Shown here: piece after piece, positions 1 through 10,847 of the stretch | Layout of the letters: each line of letters starts with the position of its first letter | Numbering within the stretch: position 1 is the stretch's first letter | NCBI GenBank assembly: GCA_051313645.2 | Contig: JBNRSN020000029.1 | Coordinates: 10,478,001 to 10,542,000 of the forward strand | Reading direction: 5' to 3' | Source: Centroscyllium fabricii | Lineage: Eukaryota | DNA length: 64,000 nucleotides | Position numbers and translations under genes: made by a program | Notes under the pieces: model-generated | Seen by the model: only the letters and a program-made list of their open reading frames with translations | Databases searched by the model: none | Told to the model about the DNA's origin: nothing

Positions 1-601
1 GCCGAGAGGGGGAAGACGTCGGCCTTGAGGAGAGATCTGGCCTTATCCGCGTACTGGGGGACCCATTGCGCGTAATAAGAAAAGAACCCCAGGCATCTCC
101 TCAGGTCTTTGGGGTTGTGAGGTAAGGGCAGCTCTTGTAAGGGGCGCATATGCTGTGGATCGGGGCTGAGGACCCCGTTTTCCACCACGTATCTGAGGAT
201 AGCGAGCCGGTCCGTACTAAAGACACACTTGTCTTTATTGTATGTTGGGTCCAGCCGTTTCGCCATGTGCAGGAATTTGGCGAGGTTGGCATCGTGGTCC
301 TGCTGGTCATGGCCGCAGATGGTCACGTTGTCCAGGTAGGGGAAAGTGGCCTGCAACCCGTTCTGGTCAACCATGCGGTCCATCTCCTTCTGGAACACTG
401 ATCAGACCAAAGGGGACCTGGAGGAAGTGGTGGAGCCTGCTGTTCGCCTCGAAGGCGGTGTATTGGCGGTCGAATTTCCGGATGGGGAGTTGGTGATACG
501 CCGACTTGAGGTCGATTGTGGAAAAGACGTTGTACTGGGCGATCTGGTTCACCTTGTCCGAGATGCGGGGGAGGGGGGAGGCGTCGAGCCCGGTGTAGTG
601 G
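1..601 (-). pseudogene. Degenerate RT region of Gypsy element B (continues left of the window)
   Basis: Minus-strand peptides [31 protein letters not shown] and [13 protein letters not shown], with frameshifts and deletions. Joins 7788-9830 at INR|YTGLD across the element A insertion. Confidence 0.9.
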
Positions 602-892
602 TGACATATCGTCAATACCTTAGATTAAAAGAGTCGACGAGTAGTTACCGAAACTAAAGGCTTTTAATCGCTAAAGAACGGAGCTACCCTCCGGAACGAA
701 CTTCTGTACAGGAATCAGGAGCCTCGGTCAGTTTCCACCTATAAAGGGGCCTCACCTGGGGGAGGAGTTAGAGGTGTGGCTGACCTGGCTCCCAACAGTA
801 TTACACAGTATACAGGGCTGTGCCTTACATCCGCACAGCCCATTATTGGTACAATAATAACAGTGGTAAACAACTATACAAGGGTTACCACA
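602..892 (-). repeat. 3' LTR of element A
   Basis: Near-identical to 7509-7787 (about 4 substitutions and a 12-nt indel). TG...CA ends. Preceded on the - strand by the PPT TTCAAGAAGGGGTGAA. Confidence 0.95.
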
Positions 893-893
893 T

Positions 894-3751
894 TCACCCC
901 TTCTTGAAAATTTTAAGTCGGGGTGGGGGGGGGGGTAAATGTGCCGAACAGTTCATGATCAGTCTGTCCGGCGGTCGTGTCTGCCTGGAGGACCGCCGGC
1001 GTTCCGGTGTTGGTGGTGGTGCCTCCTGGTTCGCACCACTTGCATCTGCCGGTGGTGACTGCTGATCGGGTGCCGTGGCTTCTGGTGGCGATGGATCCGG
1101 CTGGTCCCCGTCGTCCGGGTCGTAGTTCTGTACTGGGAAGCTCAGGAGCCATCGTGTGTCTGGTGTGTTCACTGGATACTGCAGCTGAGTGGCCTGCTGG
1201 CCGGCCAGGGCCTCTGCGGTGGTGCTTCCTGCGGTAGCCAGGTCCCTGATGGACACGGTGTCCTCACGCCCGTCCGGGAACTGCACGAATGCGTAGTGGG
1301 GGTTCGCGTGTAGGAGCTGTACCTTGTCCACCAGGGGGTCCGTCTTGTGGCTCCGGACATGTTTTCTAAGCCAAACCGGCCCCGGAGTCGTCAGCCATGG
1401 AGGAAGGGCTATCCCCGAAGTCGATTTCCTAGGGAAGGAGAAAATCAGATCGTGCGGGGTGGCGTTAGTATCAGTACACATTAGAGAGCATATAGAGTGC
1501 AGTGCGTCTGGGAGGACTGCCTGCCAATGGGACACTGGAAGGCCTCTGGACTTGAGAGCCAGGGTGACCGCCTTCCAAATGATCCCATTCTCCCTTTCTA
1601 CCTGGCCGTTCTCCCGGGGGTTATAACTGGTCATTCTGCTCGTGGCAACCCCTTTCTGGAGCAGAAACTGGTGCAGTTCATCGCTCATGAACGATGACCC
1701 CCGGTCGCTATGGATGTAGCTGGGAAGACCGAAAATGGCGAACAGCGTGGTGAAGTGTTTTATCACCGTTGTGCTCGTCATATCTGCGCAGGGGAAGGCG
1801 AAGGGGAAGCGGGAGAACTCATCCACTACCGTGAGGAAGTATGAGTTGCGGTCGGTGGAAGGGAGGGGGCCTTTGAAGTCCACGCTGAGACGTTCAAAGG
1901 GGCGGGTGGCCTTAATGAGGTGCGCCGTGTCTGGCCGGAAAAAGTGGGGTTTGCACTCGGCGCAGACAGGGCACTCTCGGGTCATAGCCTTGATCTCCGT
2001 GATGGAGTAGGGGAGGCTACGGGACTTAACGAAGTGGGCGAGTCTGGTGACACCCGGGTGGCAAAGGCGGTCATGGAGGTCCTTCAGCCGGTCGAGCTGG
2101 GCACTGGCGCACGTTCCCCTGGACAGTGCGTCCGGGGGTTCATTAAGTTTACCTGGTCGGTAAAGAATGTCATACTCGTCAGTCGAGAGTTCGATCCGCC
2201 ACCGCAGGATCTTATCATTCTTGATTTTACCCCGTTGTTTATTATTAAACATAAACGCCACCGACCGTTGGTCGGTGAGCAGGGTAAAACGCTTACCGGC
2301 CAGGTAATGATGCCAGTAGCGCACGGCCTCCACGATGGCCTGGGCCTCCTTTTCCACTGCGGAGTGGCGAGTTTCGGGTCCCTGTAAGGTGCGGGAGAAA
2401 AACGCTACGGGCCTGCCTGCCTGATTCAGGGTGGCAGCAAGGGCGAAGTCTGAAGCGTCACTCTCCACCTGGAAAGGGATGGATTCATCAACAGCGAGCA
2501 TGGTCGCCTTGATAATATCTTCCTTTATCCTTGCGAATGCCGTTTGGGCTTCTACAGAAAGGGGGAAGACGGCAGCCTTGAGGAGTGGTCTAGCCTTATC
2601 TGCGAACTGTGGGACCCATTGTGCATAATAGGAGAAAAATCCTAGGCATCTCCTCAAGGCTTTGGGGTTGTGAGGTAGGGGCAGTTCTTGCAGGGGTCGC
2701 ATATGCTGTGGGTCGGGGCCGAGGACCCCGTTCTCCACCACGTATCCGAGGATGGCGAGCCGGTCTGTATTAAAGACACATTTGTCCTTGTTGTACGTAA
2801 GGTCCAGCTTGTCCGCCGTGGCGAGGAATTTGGCCAGATTGGCATCGTGGTCCTGCTGGTCGTGGCCGCAGATGGTCACGTTGTCCAGGTAAGGGAAAGT
2901 GGCCTGCAAGTCATTTTGGTCAACCATACGGTCCATCTCCTGTTGGAACACTGACACTCCGTTGGTCACGCCAAAGGGGACCTGGAGGAAGTGGTAGAGC
3001 CGACCGTTCGCCTCGAAGGCGGTGTAGGGGCGGTCGGCTTTCCGAATCGGGAGCTGATGATACGCCGATTTAAGGTCGATCGTGGAGAACACCTTGTACT
3101 GGGCGATCTGATTGACCATTTCCGAGATGCGGGGAAGGGGGTAGGCGTCGAGCCCGGTGTAGCGGTTGATAGTCTGGCTGTAATCAATAACCAGCCGCTG
3201 TTTTTCACCAGACTTCACCACTACAACTTGGGCGCACCAGGGGCTGGTGCTGGCATCAATTATCCCGTCCTTCAGCATCTGCCCGACCTCCGACCTGATA
3301 AACGTGCGATCCCCCTCACTGTACCGCCGACTCTTAGTAGCAATGGGTTTGCACTTCGGATCGAGGTTGGCGAACAGTGAGGGGGGGTCGATTTTCAGGG
3401 TAGAGAGGCCGCAGGCCGGGCTCCGCTTTGGGAAGGGATTGTCCCGGCTACTGACGGTGAAGGGGGGCAAGGTCCCGCCGAACTCCATTGTCACGCTCTT
3501 GAGGTGGCACTGGAAATCCAAACCTAGTAAGGCTGGGGCACACAACTGCTGGAGGGTATACAATTTAAAATTACGGTACACGCGCCCCTTGACGGTGAGC
3601 GTGACGGAGCAGTAGCCGGTGACGTCCGCGGTGTGGGACTGTGAAGCTAGGGAGACTTGGTAGTTAGTGGGCAGGACCTGCAGTCCGCAGCGCTGCACTG
3701 TATCGGGGTGCACAAAACTCTCAGTGCTCCCTGTGTCAAAAAGGCAGTTAA
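894..3751 (-). CDS. Pol of element A: aspartic protease, RT, RNase H, integrase
   Basis: LFDTG protease motif, DLKSAYHQ and PFG RT motifs, YLDN, RNase H ESDASD/EKEA/TDQ/DALSR, HHCC zinc finger, DFKGP-SDRG-VEREN DDE core. Open for about 940 codons. No env or chromodomain seen. Confidence 0.92.
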
Positions 3752-6153
3752 TCTAGGAAGGTCAAAGAGTGCAGATGGAGAGATTTTCTTACAATGCGTG
3801 CAGGAAGGTTTCCTGACACAATACGTGGAGGAACCAACAAGGGGGGGGGCAATGTTGGACCTGGTTCTGGGAAATGAACCAGGCCAAGTGGTAGAACTGG
3901 GGGTAAGGGAGCACTTTGGGGACAGTGACCACAACTCGGTGACGTTCACAATAGTAATGGAGAAGGATAGGAGCATGAGGCAGGGTAAGGTATACAGCTG
4001 GGGGAGGGGAAATTTCGACAGGGTTAGGCACGATTTAGCTAACACCAATTGGGAACGGGAACTTGCTGGGAGAGGAACGGAAGAAAAATGGAGAGTGTTC
4101 AGGGAGCAAATTATGAAAGCCCTGGATAAGCATGTCCCGAGTAGGATGGGAAACAAGGGAAAGATGAGAGAACCGTGGATCACGAAAGAGGTAGAACAAT
4201 TAGTAAAGAAGAAGAAGGAGGCATATGATAGAATGAGAAAGCAGAGTACAGCAGGGGCGGGAAGGGAGTACAAAGAAGCAAGGAAAAAACTGAAGAATGG
4301 GCTAAGGAAGGCAAAGGGAGGGCATGAGAAGGCATTAGCGGGAAGGAGAAAGGAGAACCCTAAGGCTTTCTATGCTTACGTAAGAAATAAAAGGATGACT
4401 AGGATAAGAGTAGGACCGATCAAAGACGGCAAGGGAGAAATGTGCATGGAGTCAGAGGAAATTGGGGAAGCACTAAATGAATATTTTGCGTCCGTGTTCA
4501 CAAGGGAGAGGGAACTAAAAGTAGAGGAGGAGTTCAAGATACAAGGGGAAAGGATGGGGGAAGTAAATATTCAGAGGGGGGAGGTATTAGATATTTTGGA
4601 GAAACTGAAGGTAGACAAATCTCCTGGGCCGGACGGGATATATCCAAGGATTCTCTGGGAAGCGAGGAACGAAATCGCAGAGCCACTGACCTCTATCGTT
4701 AATTCCTCGCTATCCTCGGGGATAGTCCCTGAGGACTGGAGAGAGGCGAATGTGGTTCCCATATTTAAAAAGGGGAGCAGGGACGTGCCAGGGAACTACA
4801 GACCAGTCAGCCTTACCTCGGTGGTCGGAAAGGTGATGGAAAGGGTCCTGAGGGACAGGATCTACGACCATCTGGAATGGGGCAAATTAATCAGGAGCAG
4901 TCAGCACGGATTCGTTAAGGGCAAATCGTGCCTGACCAACCTGATAGAATTCTTTGAAGAGGTGACCAAGTGTGTGGACGAGGGAAAGGCGGTTGATGTC
5001 ATATATATGGACTTCAGCAAGGCGTTCGACAAGGTCCCGCACGGTCGACTCATGAAGAAAGTAAGGAGTTGCGGGGTAAACAACGAAGTGGTGGGATGGA
5101 TTGAGGACTGGCTGGCTCAGAGGAAGCAGAGGGTAGTGGTAGAGGGCCAATACTCGGGTTGGAGACCGGTCACCAGTGGGGTACCACAGGGGTCGGTGTT
5201 GGGGCCACTACTATTTGTAATCTTTATCAATGACTTGGAGGAGGGGACTGAGGGGTGGGTCAGCAAATTTGCGGATGACACAAAGATTGGGGGAGTAGTG
5301 GATGAGGAGGAAGGAAGTAGAAAGATTCAGAGGGATATAGATAGGATGCAGAGCTGAGCTGGAGTTCAACACGGGGAAATGCGAGGTGATGCACTTCGGT
5401 AGGGCAAATAGGAAGAGGGAATATAGGGTCAACGGCAGGGTCCTGAGTGAAGCAGAGGAGCAAAGGGATCTGGGAGTGTATGTACACAGATCATTGAAGG
5501 CTGCCACCCAGGTGGACAAGGCAGTAAAAAAGGCCTATGGTGTATTGGCCTTCATCAACAGGGGAATAGAGTTTAAGAACCGAGAGGTCATGCTGCAGCT
5601 GTACAGGTCACTGGTGAGACCACACTTGGAGTACTGTGTACAGTTCTGGGCACCGTACTACAGGAGGGATGTGGAGGCGTTGGAGAGGGTGCAGAGGAGA
5701 TTCACCAGGATGCTGCCGGGAATGGGGGGAAAGTCGTACGAGGAGAGGTTGAGGGAGCTGGGAGTCTTCTCCCTGGAACGGAGAAGGAAGAGGGGGGACT
5801 TAATAGAGATGTTTAAAATGATGAAGGGGATCGATAGAGTAAACGTGCAGAGACTGTTTCCCCGGGTGGGAAGAACGACAACAAGAGGGCACGAGCACAA
5901 GATTCAAGGAGGAAGATTCAGAAGGGATGGCAGGGGCAAGTTCTTTACGCAGAGAGTGGTCGGGGAATGGAATAGGCTACCATCTGAAATAGTGGATGTG
6001 GACAGTCTGGGTGCTTTTAAAAGGATGATAGACAGGTACATGGAGGGGAAGGAAGAGTAGGGGGGACAGAAAAAATCAGAGACGGACTAAGCGCGGCACT
6101 ACATTGAGGGCCCAAGGGCCTGTACAGTGCTGTATGTTCTATGTTCTATGTTC
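3752..6153 (+). mobile_element. 5'-truncated CR1 LINE (ORF2 with one frameshift near 5357)
   Basis: Endonuclease C-terminus (LDLVL, SDHN), RT motifs [25 protein letters not shown], and CR1 C-terminal RGH...FFTQRVV..WN. (ATGTTCT)3 tail. TTAA duplicated at 3748-3751 and 6154-6157. Confidence 0.93.
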
Positions 6154-7484
6154 TTAACAGTGTAGTCATTAATCAAAATAGGCATTATAGAGTTAGACAG
6201 GGTATGTGGCCTGTCCTGGTTCACTCTGATTCTGGCTGCCGCAGCCGTGCGTTTCTGTGTGCGTGGGGCCCTTGCTGGTCGGGGCTGTACACAAGATGGC
6301 GGCGCCCCTGGCTCGCACATGGTGGGGCCCTGAATATAAGATGGCGGCGCCCCTGGCCCGCACATGGAGGGGCCCTGGATACAAAATGGCGTCGCCGAGA
6401 GGTCGCACATGGTGGGCCGCTGTGAGCGCGCTGGCGGCGCCCGTGATTCGCACGCAGCGGACCGCGGTGATCGGGTTGGCGGTGCCCGTGATTCGCACGC
6501 AGCGGGCCGCGGTGGTCGGGTTGGCGGTGCCCGTGATTCGCACGCAGCCGGCCGTGTTGGGGGGTCGCGCTTGGCCGGCCTTTGCCGCATCGGGGTGGGA
6601 GATGGGGGCGCTTGTTGTCTACCCCCGGAGCGTCGCTGTATCGCGCTGCTATTGCAGCTTACCTGGTGTCTGTCGGTGCGCTCAGAGGCTGCACTGTTGT
6701 ACCTTTGGTTAGACGCTGCTGGAGCTGATCTGCAGGCTTTAGCTTAATGGCCTTTCTTAGCGCATCTCTCACAAGTCGCTGTCCTGGCTGGGCATTTCGC
6801 TCGTGGGTGCAGTCCCTGGTTGCAGAAGTAGCAGCGCTTATCTTTTGTGACTGTCGCAGCCATCGTGGGGGTCTCGGCCCGTTGTGGTGCTGCCCAGGCC
6901 TGGGCCTGTTGTGGTGCGGCCCATATGTTGTAGGCTTGCGGGTTAGTGCCGCTGTACGCCTGTAACTTGCTTCGGGCCCCCTCTACTGATTTGGCTATCT
7001 TAGTCGCCTCCTCAAGGGCTAGATTGTCTTTCTCAAGTAGCCGCTGGCGGGCTTCCACACACCTTAGTCCCGTAACGTGAGCGTCCCGAACGAGGAGTTC
7101 TGCCTCCTCTTCAGCTGTTATGGCTTTGCAGCCACAGACCCGTACCAGGGCCAGGAGCGCTTGCTCGAACTGCTCATTCGACTCACCCGGTAGCTGAGAT
7201 CTGGTCGCAAGCACATGTCGGGCATAGACCGAATGGACCGGGCGCTCGTCGCATTTTCGTAGTTGTAGTACGGCCGCTGCGTAGGTTGAGGCGTTCCTGA
7301 TGAGGGAGAATACCCTGCTTGAGATCCTCGACCGGAGGACCTGCAATTTGTTCCTGTCCGATGTAGCCTTGGCGGCGTCCATGTAGGCCTCCAGGAGGCC
7401 GAACCAGTGTTCGAACGTGGTAGCAGCGGCAGGGTCCTGGGGACTGATGTCCAGCTTCTCAGGTTTAACTGCGCTGCTCTCCAT
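6154..7484 (-). pseudogene. Gag (two zinc knuckles) and Pro-rich spacer of element A, same frame as pol
   Basis: MESSAVKPEKLD... with CYFCNQGLHPRAKC and CERCAKKGH*AKAC (premature TAA at 6744-6746). The frame continues to INDYTVN, which joins CLFDTG across the CR1. Confidence 0.9.
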
Positions 7485-7508
7485 TTTAAAATATTTAGCG
7501 ATTAAAAT

Positions 7509-7787
7509 TGACGTATAGATTAAAAGAGTCGACGAGTAGTTACCGAAACTAAAGGCTTTTAATCGCTAAAGAACGGAGCTACCCTCCGGAACGAACTTCT
7601 GTACAGGAATGAGGAGCCTCGGTCAGTTTCCACCTATAAAGGGGCCTCACCTGGGGGAGGAGTTAGAGGTGTGGCTGACCTGGCTCCCAACAGTATTACA
7701 CAGTATACAGGGCTGTGCCTTACATCAGCACAGCCCATTATTGGTACAATAATAACAGTGGTAAACAACTATTCAAGGGTTACCACA
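7509..7787 (-). repeat. 5' LTR of element A
   Basis: Copy of 602-892, lying 24 nt upstream of the gag ATG at 7484. Confidence 0.95.
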
Positions 7788-8519
7788 AGCGGTTAATCGT
7801 CTGGCTATAGTCAATGACCATGCGCAGTTTCTCGCCCATCTTAACCACTACGACCTGGGCCCGCCAGGGGCTGGTGCTGGCCTCAATGATCCCTTCTTTC
7901 AGCATACGCTCGACCTCCGACCTGATGAACGCCCGGTCCCCTGCACTGTAACGGCGACTTTTGGTAGCAATGGGCTTGCATTTGGGGTCGAGATTGGCGA
8001 ACAGCGAGGGGGGGTCGACCTTTAATGTGGACAGGCCGCAAGTCGAGCTCTGCGTTAATTTGGGATTGTCCCGGCTACTTACGGTGAGTGGGGCCAGGGT
8101 TCCACCAAAATCGATCGTCACGCTCTTCAGGTGACACTGGAAATCCAGTCCCAATAATACTGGGGCGCACAGCTTTTGGAGTACGTACAACTTAAAGTTG
8201 CGGTAAATGTGATCCCTGATCATGAGCGTGACGCTGCAGTAGCCGGTGACGTCCGCCGTGTGGGACTTTGAGGCAAGGGAGATTTGGTAGTGCGTGGACT
8301 GGGTCTGCAGTGCGTAGCGCCGCACTGTGTCGGGGTGCATAAAGCTCTCTGTGCTACCGGTGTCGAACAGGCAGTTAGTGACATGCCCATCCACCTTTAT
8401 CCCCATCATGGAGTTGGGCAAGGTGTGCGGCCTAGCCTGATTGATGGTGGCTGAGGCCGAAGTGTATGTGTGTGTGTGGGGGCCCTCCGCTAGCTGGGGC
8501 CCCGGCCGGGGCGGTTGGT

Positions 8520-8880
8520 AAGATGGCCGTTCGGAAGATGGCGGCGCTGGCGATTCGCACGTGTCCGGCTGCTGTGGACACGATGGCGGCGCCCGTGGTT
8601 CGCACGCGGCCGACCGCTGTGGACAAGATGGCGGTGCCCGTGGTTCGCACGCGGCCGACCGCTGTGGACAAGATGGCGGCGCCCGTGGTTCACACATGGC
8701 CGACCGCTATGGGCAAGATGGCAGCGCCCGTGGTTCGCACGCAGCCGACCGCTGTGGATAAGATGGCAGCGCCCTTGGTTCGCACGCGGCCGACCGCTGT
8801 GGACAAGATGGCCGCGCCCGTGGTTTACATGCGGCCGACCGCTGTGGGCAAGATGGCGGCGCCGGGGTTCGCACATGTCC
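8520..8880 (-). repeat. 45-bp coding tandem repeat (about 8 copies, CEPRAPPSCPQRSAA) between gag and protease of B
   Basis: (A)AGATGGC recurs at 45-bp spacing (about 8537, 8582, 8627, 8671, 8716, 8761, 8806, 8851). Confidence 0.9.
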
Positions 8881-9853
8881 GGTCACGGTCGCATTTGGGA
8901 TGGCGGCGCCTGTGCCGCGCATGCGGCCGGCCTCCGCCGTACCGTTAAAGGGGATGGAGGCGCCCGCGATTTACCCCCGGCTGACAGCTGCTGGGTCGCG
9001 CTGCAACACCGTACCTGTAGCCACGGAGTGGCATCACTGTTCTCACAGACCGCGCTGTTGGGTCTGGAGGGGGAGGCCGGGCTAGATTTGCACGCCTTAG
9101 CATAGTGCCCCTTCTTCGCGCACCGCGCGCAGGTCGCATTCTCCGCGGGGCACTGCACCCGCGGGTGCTTTCTTTGGCCGCAGAAGTAGCATCTGTGCCC
9201 CACCAGTGCCATCGCAGTCGCCGCTGCCGTCGTGGGGGCCTCCTCCTGTCTCTGTGTCACCCAGGGGTCAGGGGTACTCGCGTGGGAGTCGTGATCCCTG
9301 TACGCGTCCATCTTCCGAAACACTCCGTCCACCACATTAGAAAGTGTTACCGCGGACTCGAGCGACAGTGTCTCCTGCTCCAGCAGCCGCTGGCGGGCCT
9401 AGCTGGATCTGTGTCCTGCAACAGAGGCATCGCGGATTAGAAGGTTCACCTCTTCCTCCGCTGTCCTTGCCTTGCAGTCGCAGGCCCGTGCGAGGGCTTG
9501 GAGCACCAGCAGGAATTGTTCATTGGACTCACTGGTTCATTGTCATCTGGTGGACAGAACATGCCTGGTGTAGACCGAGTGGGCCGGGCGCATGTAGCTG
9601 TCCTTCAGTTTCTTGACCGCTTCCTCGTAAGTCTTGAGGCCGCGGATAAAGTAGTACACCCGGCCGCTGATCCGTGACGAGAGTACCTGGAGTTTGTCCT
9701 CATCACTCGTCGCCTTTACGGCCTTCATGTAGGCCTCGACCAGGCCAAACCAGTGTTCAATATCGTTAGCAGCATTGGGAGCCTGAGGATTTATATCAAG
9801 GCGATCCGGTCTCATTGCATTGCTCTCCATGTTTAAAATTTAGTTAATAAAAT

Positions 9854-10090
9854 TGACGTATCGTCAATTAATCACACAAAGACGAGTAGTTACCTAAACT
9901 ATAGGGTTTTATTAACTAAGAATGGAGCTGGTCTCCTGATGAGGTCAAGGTGAAGAATGAGTGGGGGCAGGTCAGCAACCACCTATGTACTCCGACCTGA
10001 GGGGAGGAGTTAGGGGTGTGGCTGACCTGGCCTACAATACTGCACAGGTAAACTGGCATCTATGTACAGTGGTTATACACGATTACCACA
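9854..10090 (-). repeat. 5' LTR of element B
   Basis: TGTGGTAATC...TACGTCA ends. Shares the GGAGGAGTTAG.GGTGTGGCTGACCTG block and the U5 block with LTR A. 23 nt upstream of the gag ATG at 9830. Confidence 0.88.
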
Positions 10091-10197
10091 TTAGATATAG
10101 CACGGGTTAGAAACAGAGTAAAGCTCCCTCTACACTGTCCCATCAAACACTCCCAGGGCAGGTACAGCACGGGTTAGATACAGAGTAAAGCTCCCTC
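10091..10197. repeat. ~68-bp tandem repeat remnant (CACGGGTTAGATACAGAGTAAAGCTCCCTC...), ~1.5 copies
   Basis: Direct repeat of AGCACGGGTTAGA(A/T)ACAGAGTAAAGCTCCCTC at about 10099 and 10166. I recall it as a common shark repeat (unverified). Confidence 0.6.
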
Positions 10198-10488
10198 ATG
10201 TCCCGACATGACCCCTTGATCCTTATATGAGCAGAGTGTGGCACTCCTTGCTGACTATTCTGATGCATTTATTAACAATGAAAGCTATCTTGTTGGAAGT
10301 TTTGTGGTGTGGCTATTGCACATATCAGCAATCGGGCTCAAGCCGATCAACATCCAGGTTCCTCCTGGTAGCCGAGCGAGGGAGATAGTGAAAGAGAATT
10401 GGAAAGATCATCGACCTCGTAGTTCAAATGTCGTAAGTTAAGAGCATCAATGTTCTGCCCATCACCCTCTCATTCCCTCTCTCCTCAG

Positions 10489-10674
10489 CCAATCAGGCCA
10501 CTGAAGGCCGTGGTCTACACTTCCCAGCCGGTCCTGACCAGTCAGGAGATTCAGACCATCTTCTTCAAGCTGCCCGAGCTCTACGACATTCACAAGGACT
10601 TCTGCTCCAAGCTGAAGGAGAGAATTGAGGGTGGAGACCCCCTCCAGCCCGTAGGAGACCTCTTTCAGCAACTG
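10489..10674 (+). CDS. Internal coding exon of a BCR/ABR-family RhoGEF/GAP gene (DH domain)
   Basis: Polypyrimidine tract plus CAG acceptor, GTAAGG donor, 186 bp, phase 0. [38 protein letters not shown]...VGDLFQQL resembles BCR [38 protein letters not shown]...VGDLFQKL. Confidence 0.9.
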
Positions 10675-10847
10675 GTAAGGAGCATACATCGCAGAAAGCT
10701 GTTTCAGCTACTGGGGCTTTCCTGCTCTGTGTTTCTGTGTGTGTATCACACCGGGTGAGATCAGGCTAACTCAGCACTAGGCCAGGGATGAAGCCTGGAC
10801 CTTTCCTGCTCTGTGTGTGCGATGACATATATGTCTTTCATCAGCCC

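Larger units (their letters stand above)
602..7787 (-). mobile_element. Ty3/Gypsy LTR retrotransposon A (Mag-like), interrupted by a CR1
   Basis: Paired LTRs TGTGGTAACC...TCA at 7509-7787 and 602-892. PPT at 893-908. Domain order gag-PR-RT-RH-IN. 5-bp TSD AGTGG (597-601) / AGCGG (7788-7792). Confidence 0.95.
7788..10090 (-). mobile_element. 5' part of Gypsy element B (5' LTR, gag, protease, start of RT), degenerate
   Basis: MESNAMRPDRLD gag, CYFCGQRKHPRVQC and CARCAKKGHYAKAC knuckles, LFDTGS protease, SPWRAQ and [11 protein letters not shown] start. Contains stops and a frameshift near 8862. Confidence 0.9.

Noticed and set aside
894-1200. env or chromodomain after integrase
   Set aside because: Only a Pro-rich tail and the RRSSR..PP.RL motif precede the PPT. 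There is no room or motif for either.
3657-3751. Apparent N-terminus of the 566-aa CR1 ORF
   Set aside because: It is the antisense of Gypsy A protease running in frame into the truncated CR1 by chance.
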